Source of the DNA: Methanothermococcus sp. Ax23
GTDB taxonomy: Archaea; AGJL01; Methanococci; Methanococcales; Methanococcaceae
Length of the DNA stretch: 64,000 bases
Direction of reading: 5' to 3'
Assembly: GCF_049075655.1 (NCBI RefSeq)
Contig: NZ_CP157522.1
Coordinates: 768,001 to 832,000, forward strand
In this document: piece after piece, positions 1 through 10,698 of the stretch
Numbering within the stretch: the first letter of the stretch is position 1
Layout of the letters: every line of letters starts with the position of its first letter
Position numbers and translations under genes: made by a program
The notes under the pieces: model-generated
Told to the model about the DNA's origin: nothing
Database searches by the model: none
The model's input: only the letters and a program-made list of their open reading frames with translations

Positions 1-101
1 ATATTATTATAAAAATATATATTCTTAAATTTTCTAATATTACATATTAAAATTATTATATATAATTAATATTGACTATAATCAGTAAATTAAATTAATT
101 A

Positions 102-118
102 GCGAAAAGTATATATAT
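102..118 (+). promoter_or_regulatory. Archaeal BRE/TATA-like promoter
   Basis: gcgaaaagtatatatat: purine-rich BRE followed by a TATA box, about 25 nt upstream of the GC-rich structured segment at 141. Confidence 0.4.
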
Positions 119-140
119 CTTAAAAGTGCATTATGATTAT

Positions 141-260
141 GCACGGTGTGGGACAGTGGCAATGAAGTTATTTTACACCCCCCATACCCAGCTGCTGATA
201 ACACCGTGTAGGAGACAAGTCTCCTAAATCCCATTCCCACCCCCTCATACCCCCAAATAA
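141..260 (+). ncRNA. Candidate structured small RNA
   Basis: GC-rich patch in an AT-rich intergenic region; stems cacggtgt/acaccgtg and cagtggc/gctgctg; hairpin aggagac-aa-gtctcct; C-rich tracts. Confidence 0.35.
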
Positions 261-502
261 ATACGGAAATAAATAATTAATGATTTAAGATATAATTTAA
301 TGAAATTTTGATTATTTTAAACCCCTCCCCATTCTATTTTACCCCCCCCCTTTTTTTATTTAATTAAAAAAATTTTATTTTTATGTGCAGTAATATCGTT
401 ATATTTAGATACATATATGACTTTAATTTAGGATATATTTAAATATTATTTAAAAGAATAATTCTACAAAAATATTTTTAATTTTATTAAACGAGGGATT
501 TT

Positions 503-1039
503 ATGAGTATAATTCAATTATTATATAATTCATTAATATATATACTACCTGCATATATTGCAAATGCTTCGGCATGTATATTTGGTGGAGGCATGCCATT
601 AGATGTAGGGAAAAAATTTATTGATGGTAAAAGAATAATTGGAAATGGAGTGACATACCGGGGAACTTTTTTTGGATTATTATGTGGAACTATTGTAGCT
701 GTTTTAGAGGGTATAATTATAAATTTAAATATTGTGGGCAATACTGCATTTTATTTTAACACTTTTGAATGGGCATATGTTGGTTTTTTATTATCGCTTG
801 GTGCCCTTTTTGGAGATATGTTTGGGAGTTTTATTAAAAGAAGAATAGGACTTGCGCAGGGGAGGCCTGCACCAATTCTTGACCAACTTGGTTTTGTTGT
901 GTTTGCTATATTATTTGCATATCCTATTGCTCCCATCTCCTTTGAAATGATTATTATGTTGATAATTATAACGCCAACAGTTCATTTATTTGGCAACATT
1001 GTGGCATATAAATTAGGATTTAAAAAAGTGTGGTGGTAA
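503..1039 (+). CDS. carS: CDP-archaeol synthase
   Basis: Membrane protein with PAYIANA, GGGMPLD, DGKRIIGNGVT, GDMFGSFIKRR and LDQL motifs. Confidence 0.9.
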   Translation: MSIIQLLYNSLIYILPAYIANASACIFGGGMPLDVGKKFIDGKRIIGNGVTYRGTFFGLLCGTIVAVLEGIIINLNIVGNTAFYFNTFEWAYVGFLLSLGALFGDMFGSFIKRRIGLAQGRPAPILDQLGFVVFAILFAYPIAPISFEMIIMLIIITPTVHLFGNIVAYKLGFKKVWW

Positions 1040-1243
1040 TTATCAACACCATCCTATTCCATTTTTTCACTTATTTTATTATTCTCCTGTCTTCATGTGT
1101 CATATATTTTTCTTGAAAAAATATAATATTTTTTGAGAAGATACAATAATCTATAAAAAAATAAAGAAATATAGAAATACTATAATTATACATTCAATGT
1201 GATATAATATATATTAGACGCACTCATAAAAAATGGTGAAAAC

Positions 1244-1723
1244 ATGATTACCCTTGATTTAGAGTTAAGAGATGTTCCTGGTGAATTAATAAGAGCTCTA
1301 ACACCTATCTCAAACATGGGAGTTAATATATTTAGTGTGATACATTTAAGAGAAAAGAAGACAGATGGTAGGGTCCCTGTAAGGGTTGTTATCAATGATG
1401 TAGATAGTAAATTATTAAACGATGTAATAAATAAACTTGAAGAAATGGACATAATTATTACAAAAGTAAATGAAACAATCCGAAAAACAGATATTGACAT
1501 AGTTGTTGTTGGTCATGTAGTTGATACGGATGTAAGGGATACAATAGACCGACTAAACAAATATGGTATTGTTGTAGATTTAGACCTTTCAATGCCTGAC
1601 CCATTTAAAGAATCTTCTGCAAGAATGAAAGTAATAATAGAGACTGATAAATTAGATGATTTATGTAAGGAACTCGACAAAATATCAGAGGAAAAGAACT
1701 TGCTGTTTATTAAATCCTTTTAA
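1244..1723 (+). CDS. Tandem ACT-domain protein (homoserine dehydrogenase-associated regulator)
   Basis: ELRDVPGEL ACT start, GHVVDTD in the second domain, directly upstream of hom. Confidence 0.8.
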   Translation: MITLDLELRDVPGELIRALTPISNMGVNIFSVIHLREKKTDGRVPVRVVINDVDSKLLNDVINKLEEMDIIITKVNETIRKTDIDIVVVGHVVDTDVRDTIDRLNKYGIVVDLDLSMPDPFKESSARMKVIIETDKLDDLCKELDKISEEKNLLFIKSF

Positions 1724-1748
1724 TATAATAAACTTATGAGGAGAAAAT

Positions 1749-2764
1749 ATGAAGGTAATATTGGTCGGTTTTGGAGTAATCGGTAAAGGAGTAGTAAAAG
1801 TCATAGAAGAAAAAAAGAGTATTTAAAAAGTAAATATGGTATGGATTTGAAAGTCGTGGCTATCTGTGATAGAAGCGGTGCGGCAATAGATGAGAATGGT
1901 TTGGATTTAAAAACTGCATTAAAGGTTAAGGAAGAAACTGGAAAAATATCAAATTATCCTGAAAAAGGAACAAATATGTCCATTGTTGATGTTATAAAAA
2001 CAGTTGATGCCGATGCCATTGTTGAAGCCACCCCTACCGATATAGAAACAGGAGAGCCTGCAAAAACCCATATGATTGAGGCATTTAAAAACGGAAAACA
2101 TGTAATTACTGCAAATAAAGGACCTCTTGCACTGTATTTTAATGAATTAATATCATGTGCTGAAAAATACAATAAAATATTTAGGTATGAAGCCTCTGTT
2201 GGAGGAGCAATGCCTATAATAAATTTGGCAAAGGAAACACTTGCGGGAAATGAAATAACTGAGATAAAAGGAATACTGAACGGAACTACGAACTATATAT
2301 TAACAAAAATGGAGAAGGAAAAACTCGATTTTGATACGGTATTAAAAGAGGCACAGGAGCTCGGCATAGCAGAGACTAACCCACATCAAGATATAAGCGG
2401 ACTTGACACTGCTGCGAAAATAGTAATACTTGCAAACTCGATTATGAATAAAAATGTTACCATAAAGGATGTTAAACTGGAAGGAATTACAAGAATTACG
2501 CCTGAGGCATTAACAATGGCTAATAAAAGCGGATATACTATAAAACTCATCGGAGAAGTGAGTGAAAATAAACTTGAAGTGGGTCCAAAATTAATACCAA
2601 TTGACGACCCCATGAATGTGAAAGGTTCTCTAAATGTTGCAATGTTAAATACCGACTTGGCAAAAGAAGTTGTTGTAGTTGGTAGAGGTGCGGGAGATAT
2701 AGAAACCTCATCTGCTATTTTAAGTGATATTATAAGTGTATATTTAAGAACTAAAAATGAATAA
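1749..2764 (+). CDS. hom: Homoserine dehydrogenase; apparent 1-nt deletion in the A7 run 1810-1816
   Basis: ATG at 1749 gives [14 protein letters not shown] (Rossmann motif) out of frame with the body ([23 protein letters not shown]); one extra A restores the frame. Confidence 0.88.
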
Positions 2765-2950
2765 TAAATTATAATTATGTTCAATTATTTTTTTTGAAAT
2801 TTTTAAAATTTAAAATCAATATGCATATATAAATATTAAAATAATATTAAAATTGATTATAAGACTTATTTATAAAAAATATTAAAGATTAACAATGATA
2901 TTATGTAGTTAATGGTAAATGGCATTTACCATAATATAGAGGTGTGGGGT

Positions 2951-4285
2951 ATGAGGATAAAAAATAAAAAGCTTAGTTTATGGGAAACTGTATCTATGGC
3001 TGTTGGAGTAATGGTTGGAGCTAGTATATTTTCTATTTTTGGAGTTGGTGCTAAAATAGCTGGAAAATGTCTTCCAGAAACTTTTATATTGTCTGGAATT
3101 TATGCACTTTTGGTTGCATATTCCTACGCAAAACTTGGGGCAAAAATAATTTCAGATGCAGGACCCATAGCTTATATACATAATGCCATAGGAGATAATA
3201 TAATTACTGGTGCTTTGAGTATTTTACTCTGGATAAGTTATGTTATATCGATTGCCTTATTTGCAAAGGGGTTTGCAGGTTATTTTTTACCATTAATAAA
3301 TGCTCCAATGACTACATTTAATATGGTTATATCTGAAATCGGTATAGTTGCATTTTTCACCGCTTTAAACTTTTTTGGCTCCAAAGCTGTGGGAAAGGCT
3401 GAATTTTTTATTGTTTTGATTAAATTGTTAATATTGGGACTATTTATATTTACTGGACTAATGACTATAAATCCGTCATATATAATTCCTGATTTATCTC
3501 CATCTTCAATAAATGGGACAATATTTGCGTCTGCCATATTTTTCTTATCCTATATGGGATTTGGAGTTATAACAAACGCCTCAGAGCATATTGAAAATCC
3601 TAAAAAGAATATCCCAAGGGCAATATTCATAAGTATATTTTTAGTAATGTGTGTATATATTGGCGTTGCCCTATCGGCAATAGGAAATTTACCAATAGAT
3701 GAGTTAATTAAAGCCAGTGAAAATGCTTTGGCAGTAGCGGCAAAGCCATTTTTGGGAAACTTAGGATTTTTATTAATCTCCATTGGAGCTTTATTTTCAA
3801 TTTCATCAGCAATGAATGCTACAATATATGGGGGAGCTAATGTTGCCTATTCATTGGCAAAAGATGGAAAGCTCCCAAAATTTTTTGAAAGAAAGGTATG
3901 GTTCAAATCCACAGAGGGGCTTTATATCACATCAGCTCTCGGAATATTGTTTGCATTACTATTTAATATGGAGGGTGTAGCATCAATAACAAGTGCTGTA
4001 TTTATGATGATATACCTCTTTGTTATTCTTTCCCATTATATCCTTATTGATAAAATTGGAGGAAAAAGAGAAATTGTGGTTTTTAGTTTTATTGTGGTGC
4101 TGGGAGTTTTCCTACTTCTATTGTATTACCAATGGATAATTCATAGATTTGTATTTTATGGAATAATAACAACATTTATCGGAGTGTTAATCTTTGAAAT
4201 AATATATAGAAAAATAATGAATAGAACATTCCCCAATATAAAAAATGCCATAAAATTAGGTAATTATAAAAAAATGAATGAATAA
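2951..4285 (+). CDS. APC-family amino acid permease
   Basis: Many TM segments, GVMVGASIF TM1 motif, EHIENPKKNIPRA; start chosen after an SD-like ggtgtgggg. Confidence 0.85.
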   Translation: MRIKNKKLSLWETVSMAVGVMVGASIFSIFGVGAKIAGKCLPETFILSGIYALLVAYSYAKLGAKIISDAGPIAYIHNAIGDNIITGALSILLWISYVISIALFAKGFAGYFLPLINAPMTTFNMVISEIGIVAFFTALNFFGSKAVGKAEFFIVLIKLLILGLFIFTGLMTINPSYIIPDLSPSSINGTIFASAIFFLSYMGFGVITNASEHIENPKKNIPRAIFISIFLVMCVYIGVALSAIGNLPIDELIKASENALAVAAKPFLGNLGFLLISIGALFSISSAMNATIYGGANVAYSLAKDGKLPKFFERKVWFKSTEGLYITSALGILFALLFNMEGVASITSAVFMMIYLFVILSHYILIDKIGGKREIVVFSFIVVLGVFLLLLYYQWIIHRFVFYGIITTFIGVLIFEIIYRKIMNRTFPNIKNAIKLGNYKKMNE

Positions 4286-4318
4286 TATAGTCAAAATTAA
4301 TTAAATAAATAATTTGTT

Positions 4319-5614
4319 TTATTTTAATGTTTTAAATACTTCCTCAATGGCATTTAATGTTTTTTCAACAACTTCATCGTTATGTTTTATGGAAGTGAAA
4401 CAGCATTCAAACTGAGATGGTGCTATGAATACGCCGTTATCCAAGAGACCATAGAAGTATTTCATAAATCTTTCTGTATTGCTCTTTTTGGCAGTTTCAT
4501 AATCTAAAACTTCATTTTCGTTGAAATATATTTGGAACATCGAGCTCACATTATATACTTGATTTGGTATTTCGTATTTTTCAGCGGTTTCCCCTATGAA
4601 ATCGCTTATTTTTTTGGCAGTTTTTGAAGTGTAGCTGTAAAACTCATCGTTAAGGTTTTTCAATGTTTCAATACCGGCGGTAACTGAAATTGGATTTCCA
4701 TTAAATGTTCCAGCCTGATAGATAGTTCCATTTGGTGAGAAGTTTTCCATGAGCTCCTTCTTACCAACAATTGCACCAATTGGGAAACCACCTCCTACTA
4801 TCTTACCAACAGTTGCCAAGTCTGGAACAACGCCGTAGTATTCCTGAGCTCCCCCTGGTGCTATTCTGAATCCAGTAATTACCTCATCGAATATTAATAT
4901 TATATCGTTTTCCTCTGTTATTTCTCTCAAAAATTCTAAATATCCCTCTTTTGGTGGTATGCATCCCACATTGCCCATTACTGGCTCAACAATGAGACAT
5001 GCTATTTCATCTTTATTTTCATTTATTACCTTTTTAACAGCATCCTCATCGTTGAATGGAATTAAAAGGGTGTTTTTTGTGGTTTCTTCTGGAATCCCTG
5101 GTGAGTTTGGAGCTCCATGTGTGAGAGCTCCGCTTCCACTTTTCACAAGCACATAGTCATGAGCTCCGTGGTATGCACCATCGAATTTTATAATTTTATT
5201 TTTCCCAGTAATTCCCCTCGCAAGTCTAATGGCACTCATAGTGGCTTCTGTTCCGGAATTTACAAACCTTACCATCTCTGCACAGGGCATCCTATTTATT
5301 ATTTCCTTTGCAAGAATAATTTCCTTTTCAGTAGGGCATCCATAGGCAGTTCCTAATTCAAGCTGTTCCTTTACAGCGTTTGCTATGTTCTCATTTGCAT
5401 GCCCCAATACAGCAGGGCCATAAGCTAAACAGTAATCAATATATTTATTTCCATCTACATCAAACAAATAACAATCCTTTGCCTTTTCAACGAAAAATGG
5501 ATATGGTTTGAAGTATCTTACTGGACTATTTACACCTTTTACAAGATATTTCTGTGCTTCTTCAAATAATTCCTTTGATTTTGACAGATTTATATTTTTG
5601 AACTCCTCATACAT
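4319..5614 (-). CDS. hemL: Glutamate-1-semialdehyde 2,1-aminomutase
   Basis: [42 protein letters not shown]. Confidence 0.95.
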   Translation of the reverse strand: MYEEFKNINLSKSKELFEEAQKYLVKGVNSPVRYFKPYPFFVEKAKDCYLFDVDGNKYIDYCLAYGPAVLGHANENIANAVKEQLELGTAYGCPTEKEIILAKEIINRMPCAEMVRFVNSGTEATMSAIRLARGITGKNKIIKFDGAYHGAHDYVLVKSGSGALTHGAPNSPGIPEETTKNTLLIPFNDEDAVKKVINENKDEIACLIVEPVMGNVGCIPPKEGYLEFLREITEENDIILIFDEVITGFRIAPGGAQEYYGVVPDLATVGKIVGGGFPIGAIVGKKELMENFSPNGTIYQAGTFNGNPISVTAGIETLKNLNDEFYSYTSKTAKKISDFIGETAEKYEIPNQVYNVSSMFQIYFNENEVLDYETAKKSNTERFMKYFYGLLDNGVFIAPSQFECCFTSIKHNDEVVEKTLNAIEEVFKTLK

Positions 5615-5634
5615 ATTTATCCCTTCTTATATTT

Positions 5635-5913
5635 TTAAAGTAATACTCCATTATACACTAAAACCCAAAAAACAATTGCTGTGAAAAAGTAAGGAACACC
5701 TCCGCTTCCCAGCCACTGTTTTTGGCTTAGGCTTTCTTTACCAAATACCATTGCGGTAATATGTCCAGTTATTATAAGTCCTACGAATAGAAACAGCAAT
5801 GATGCAATACCGCTGAAAATCCCAAGACCTGCGGTATATACGTAGTTAGTTAATAATCCAAATGCTATTCCTCCAATCGTATGGACTATTGCTGATTTTC
5901 CTTCTAAATCCAT
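5635..5913 (-). CDS. Small 3-TM membrane protein, archaeal EMC6-like
   Basis: Three hydrophobic helices and a C-terminal WVLVYN; family recognised from memory. Confidence 0.55.
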   Translation of the reverse strand: MDLEGKSAIVHTIGGIAFGLLTNYVYTAGLGIFSGIASLLFLFVGLIITGHITAMVFGKESLSQKQWLGSGGVPYFFTAIVFWVLVYNGVLL

Positions 5914-5989
5914 AATTGCACCTTTTGATTTTAAAATTTCATTGTTTTGTATTATATGTATTGTTATTATTGCTATTATTATGGTTTTA

Positions 5990-6232
5990 TTATTCCTTTA
6001 TTAATTCTTTAATTTTATATATATTAATTGATTCCTTTGGCCGTTTGCTTTTTTCTGTGTAAGAATAGTCAATTAATACCTCAACTTCTTCATTTACATC
6101 CAGAGTTCTATTTGTTAGAATTAAATCCCCTTCTTCGAGCAAAAAAGCAAATTTTCGTTTTGTTTTTAAAGAGCCTTTATCGATTAATAGCTTTTCTTCA
6201 TCTACAATCGGTTCTATTGTTGAATAGTGCAT
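5990..6232 (-). CDS. Hypothetical protein
   Basis: ORF in operon; likely start MHYSTIEP after GGGA. Confidence 0.6.
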   Translation of the reverse strand: MHYSTIEPIVDEEKLLIDKGSLKTKRKFAFLLEEGDLILTNRTLDVNEEVEVLIDYSYTEKSKRPKESINIYKIKELIKE

Positions 6233-6240
6233 AATATCCC

Positions 6241-6675
6241 TTAAACAAATATATAAACCGTTTTTCCACAAACATCGATAGTTTCAAAGTCTTCTGAGTC
6301 CAATTTCTCATCCAAAATTTCAATTTTATCTTTATTTGTAATATCATTTGATATTAGCTCTATTACTGGTTTTAAGTCTTCATCATCGGCATATACTTTA
6401 ACCTTTGTTTTAAACCTTCTAGCAAGTCGTGCAATATCTCTCAATGCCAGTTTTGCCTCGGTGAATAATATTAAATAGCTTTTTGCGTTTTCTATATTTT
6501 CCTTTTCACCATAAAGCACAGGATACTCCTTATCAAATAATTCATCTTTTTTTACTTCATAATTAACTCCACAAGTTTCTATAACTCTAACTATAACAGA
6601 TTGTGGAATTCCCGGCGGAAGTGGAATTTCTACAATATTATTTAATACATCATCAAAATTGCTTGCTTCATCCAT
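6241..6675 (-). CDS. Hypothetical protein
   Basis: Strong SD GGAGG before MDEASNF; IPLPPGIP motif. Confidence 0.65.
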   Translation of the reverse strand: MDEASNFDDVLNNIVEIPLPPGIPQSVIVRVIETCGVNYEVKKDELFDKEYPVLYGEKENIENAKSYLILFTEAKLALRDIARLARRFKTKVKVYADDEDLKPVIELISNDITNKDKIEILDEKLDSEDFETIDVCGKTVYIFV

Positions 6676-6767
6676 GGTTTCTTCTCCTCCTTGTAAATTG
6701 TATAAAAATAATAAAAATAGTGGCATATATTTATTAATAATATATTGACAATTGCAAATATATTATA

Positions 6768-7664
6768 TTATTCAACCTCGGAAGTTGGTTTTATTTTAAC
6801 AAGTATATAATTTTTCATCTCAGATTTTGAGATATATGCTATATCTTTTAATAAGTATTTTCCAACTTTAACATTTTCTATTTTTTCATGGTATGTGTCA
6901 TAATCCAGTTTTATTCTTAAACCATCCAACTGGGTTACAACAGGCATTGGAGAAAGGATATTAAATATCTCATCTACCTTTTTTTCCAGTTCATCCTTCA
7001 ACACAACAGGGGGAATTACAGGGGGGTCGTATGAGAGCTCCTCCCTTTTTCGATTAATCAATTTTGTAATTTCATCCACCATCTTTTTTAAAGCCTGTCT
7101 CTCTTCACTATGCCTTAGTCGGTGAGCTCTTCTTCCTAAATTTCCCACATATGGATAAGGTATGTCCAGTTTTTCAGGACCTCCTGTTATTACAACTGGG
7201 ATATCTACATCAAATAAATGGGTTTTATCCAATAGGCAGCTTTCAAAATTCCCCATGACATAAACTGCAATATCGTGTTCTTCTATTAATCTTTTTTCTT
7301 TTTCTTTGATACTGCTGATGCTTTTCCCTGCACCATGGGCTAATCCTATCATGTTTGGTTTTGCTCCAAATCTTCTAACATATTCTGAAATATCGCATGC
7401 TGTGTGGGGAAGGTGATGCCTCGATAAACTGGGAGCTACCACTGCGATTTCCGTTCCAGCCAATGGGGTTTCGACGACTTTTCCCTTATACTTTTTGGAT
7501 TCTATTTTAAAGTTTTCTATTTCATTTTGAGGTAATGCAATTGTCATATATACATCTAACTGCATGATATGCTCCTGTATTACAAACCCCCCTACATCTT
7601 CAATCCACTCTTTGAGTATGTTGTTTTTATAAACTCCACCTTCATATCTAACAATTTCATACAT
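6768..7664 (-). CDS. Methanogenesis marker protein 7
   Basis: MYEIVRYEGGVYK, SLSRHHLPHTACDISEY, GLAHGAG. Confidence 0.85.
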   Translation of the reverse strand: MYEIVRYEGGVYKNNILKEWIEDVGGFVIQEHIMQLDVYMTIALPQNEIENFKIESKKYKGKVVETPLAGTEIAVVAPSLSRHHLPHTACDISEYVRRFGAKPNMIGLAHGAGKSISSIKEKEKRLIEEHDIAVYVMGNFESCLLDKTHLFDVDIPVVITGGPEKLDIPYPYVGNLGRRAHRLRHSEERQALKKMVDEITKLINRKREELSYDPPVIPPVVLKDELEKKVDEIFNILSPMPVVTQLDGLRIKLDYDTYHEKIENVKVGKYLLKDIAYISKSEMKNYILVKIKPTSEVE

Positions 7665-7707
7665 TTTTCCACCAAGGATTATGCTATTAATATAATTAGA
7701 AATATAA

Positions 7708-8661
7708 TTAGAAATCAGACCGGATGGTAATTGTCCCAAATGTTTTTTTGCTTTCTTTGAATGATGTTACATCAGTTATAATCCTTTGAATCGCTGATTT
7801 TTCATCAATAAGTGTTATATGGTCCGTGATTACAATTTCTTCAAAACCGTATTTCTCTATGGTTTTTAAAATTTCATGAATAATATTCATCTGCAAGATA
7901 TTTATTGATTTGGTTGTTATAGATATATGGTCTATGTTATCCCCACTTTTCATTATTTTAGCCAGAGGTTCCCAATCTCGTGTTAGCATTTCTATATAGT
8001 CATCTTTTTCAGATACTATATAATCCCTTCCACCAAGTAATATTATTAAATCCTCTGCAAGTTTTTTTAATTTTGAATTCTTATCTTTGTCGTAAAAATA
8101 AAAGTTTGTTATTCTGGAACATTTCTGGATTTTTGAAGTTTTTTCACTGTATATTCGGTATGTTTTTACAATATCTCCCCTACTTACAATACCCATAAGG
8201 TTTCCCTTGCCATCCACGACTAAAAGCCTTCCAATATCATTTTTTGCCATTATTTTTTGTGATTCTGATGCGGAGGTTTCAGGAGATATTAATATAAGCT
8301 GGTCTTTTGGAGTCATTATATCTTTAATAGTTTTTTTGTTAGTTTTTTCCAAATCTTTAAATGTAACAACCCCTATTAACTTTCCATTTTCATCTACAAC
8401 AGGATATCCCATATGTCTATAATGTTCAATATATTCCCTTAATTTGCTAATATCGTCGTCTTTGTTAATTGTGATAATATGTTTAGTCATAATATTTTTA
8501 ACAGGTATTTTTTCTAAAATCCTTAAATCGTAAAGTTTTATTAAATCCTCTTCAGCCTCCTTTACAAAAACATTAATATTATCAAATATATGCGATAGTG
8601 AGTTCTGCTCTAATCCAATATTATATACTCTTTCTACTGTTGAAAGTTTTTTAAACAACAT
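7708..8661 (-). CDS. CBS-domain protein
   Basis: CBS pair (YPVVDENGKLIGVVT; LLVVDGKGNLMGIVSRGDI) plus a C-terminal extension. Confidence 0.8.
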   Translation of the reverse strand: MLFKKLSTVERVYNIGLEQNSLSHIFDNINVFVKEAEEDLIKLYDLRILEKIPVKNIMTKHIITINKDDDISKLREYIEHYRHMGYPVVDENGKLIGVVTFKDLEKTNKKTIKDIMTPKDQLILISPETSASESQKIMAKNDIGRLLVVDGKGNLMGIVSRGDIVKTYRIYSEKTSKIQKCSRITNFYFYDKDKNSKLKKLAEDLIILLGGRDYIVSEKDDYIEMLTRDWEPLAKIMKSGDNIDHISITTKSINILQMNIIHEILKTIEKYGFEEIVITDHITLIDEKSAIQRIITDVTSFKESKKTFGTITIRSDF

Positions 8662-8863
8662 ATTAACCACCAATTTATTGTAAAAAATTAATCCTCCCTT
8701 ATCATAAAAAATATATTCTTACAATATTAATGTTAAAATTAATATATATTATCCTATATAAATAATATAATTGAAAATTATTATTTAATTATGAATATGT
8801 GCCCTACAAAACATCAAGTTATTATTAATTCCATATGGTATATCGAAATAATTATTGTTTTCG

Positions 8864-9013
8864 CTTACGAAGTAAGGGAGCATTAAAATTGTTTCACAAT
8901 TTCAAGCTTCGAAAGTTGAAAACTTTCGATGTCGAAGCGAATCCAAAGGATTCACTGACTTACAAAAACTCTTCGAGTTTTTGTCAAGCAACGAAAACCT
9001 GAAAGGTTTTTCG
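8864..9013. repeat. Cluster of six short palindromic hairpins with 3-nt loops
   Basis: CTTAC-GAA-GTAAG; AAATTGT-TTC-ACAATTT; TCGAAAGTT-GAA-AACTTTCGA; GAATCC-AAA-GGATTC; ACAAAAACTC-TTC-GAGTTTTTGT; CGAAAACCT-GAA-AGGTTTTTCG. Confidence 0.8.
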
Positions 9014-9049
9014 CCTAATTGAAAAAATTCAAAAGATTAAGTTTTACAA

Positions 9050-9151
9050 TCATGTTTCACGCTTTTTCAGTAATTTCCACAGAAAATATGCTGAACCGCC
9101 CCACAATATTATTGCACCAAATAAAAACATTATTATTGCAGATTTATTCAT
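9050..9151 (-). CDS. MetS-like small subunit of NSS amino acid transporter (33 aa, absent from ORF track)
   Basis: MNKSAIIMFLFGAIILWGGSAYFLWKLLKKRET; SD GGTG; single TM with WGG; immediately downstream of the NSS gene. Confidence 0.75.
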   Translation of the reverse strand: MNKSAIIMFLFGAIILWGGSAYFLWKLLKKRET

Positions 9152-9177
9152 TTAGACACCTTTTTTACTGCATTTTT

Positions 9178-10682
9178 TTATGAATTCATCCACGATTCTA
9201 TATTTTTGCTCCATGGAATTTTTGAGAGTATAATGGATATCAAAAAGCCCAATCCTACAATGGATGCACCAATACCTAAATATTTCCATGAATATCCTCC
9301 ATAAGGGACCTTCAATAAGTTCATAATATCTAGTCCAATTATTAACAACAATAACAACGGTGTTAAAATCCCTGCAAATAATTTCCAGTATTTTCCTATT
9401 TTTATATCTGATAAATTATTTAGATGATTTAATAATTTATCTCCTTTAAATATCCACATGGCCATAATCGTTTCAGCACACCCCACAATTGGAAGCATAT
9501 ATCCTGCTGTGAAATGGTCTATAATATCAATCCAATAAATTCCAGCTTTTGTTGTATATATCAAACTTCCAAGAAGTCCCAAGCATGCTACAACTGAAAT
9601 AGCCTTTTTTCTACTTACGTCAAATTTGTCCATCACTGCGGCAGTCATAGCTTCTACAAGAGATATTGAAGATGAGAGTCCTGCTATTGTAAGTGCTAAG
9701 AAAAACACTATTGTTAGTTCCAATCCCATAAATGGCATTAAAGATAATGCCTTTGGAAACACAATAAATGCGAGACCTATGCTTTTATCTACGATTTCAT
9801 TTAATGGAGCTCCCGTGCTGTATGCCATATACCCTAATGTGCTGAAAACGGCAAACCCTGCTAAAAATGAATATCCACAGTTTAAAAAGGATATTGTAAA
9901 AGCACTGGTAGTTAAATCTACTTTTTTAGGCAGATAACTTGCATAGGCTATCATTATTCCAAACCCCAAACTTAACGAATAGAATATTTGGGAAAATGCA
10001 CTAATCCAAACACTTGGATATAACAAAGCGTTAAAGTTTGGGGTTAAATACCAATTTAAACCTTCCATGGCTCCGGGCAAGGTTATTCCCCTTATTACTA
10101 AAACTAACGTAAGAATAAATAATGCAGGCATGAATATTCGACTGGCTTTTTCAAGGCCATTTTTAACGCCCGATTTGATGATGGTGTAATTGATTAACCA
10201 TATTATTATCACAGAAATCAATATTCCCATGGAAAATCCTTTAAGACTTCCAGCGTTGGATGAAACTTGAAGTATTGTTCCAAAAAAATAATCTCCAAAA
10301 TCAGTGGGGAATCCATTTAATAATAGAATCCATTTAATAATAGATTGTATAAATAATACATGCACCATCCAATAATACTCATATAATAGGTTGTTATAGT
10401 AAATCCGGACATTACTGCAAACCATCCTATCCATTCACTTTTTTCATGCAGTCTTTTAAATGCAAGTGGTGCGGAGCCTTTTGTCGAATGTCCAAGGGCG
10501 AATTCGAGTAGCATTATAGATATTCCTACGCAGAATAATGCTACAAGATAAGGGATTAAAAATGCACCCCCTCCGTTGTTATATACTATGTATGGAAATC
10601 TCCATATATTGCCCAACCCCACAGCTGAACCAACTGTTGCCAGTATAAAGCCTATATTGGAACCCCACAGTTCTCTTGCCAT
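9178..10682 (-). pseudogene. Sodium:neurotransmitter symporter (NSS) frameshifted by a 17-bp tandem duplication
   Basis: GSAVGLGNIWRFPY N-terminus and QIFYSLSLGFG body in different frames; aatccatttaataatag occurs twice at 10310-10343. Confidence 0.85.
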
Positions 10683-10698
10683 TATATCCCTTAATTAA

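Noticed and set aside
8864-9013. Hairpin cluster as a degenerate CRISPR array
   Set aside because: The stems differ in sequence and there is no repeat-spacer periodicity
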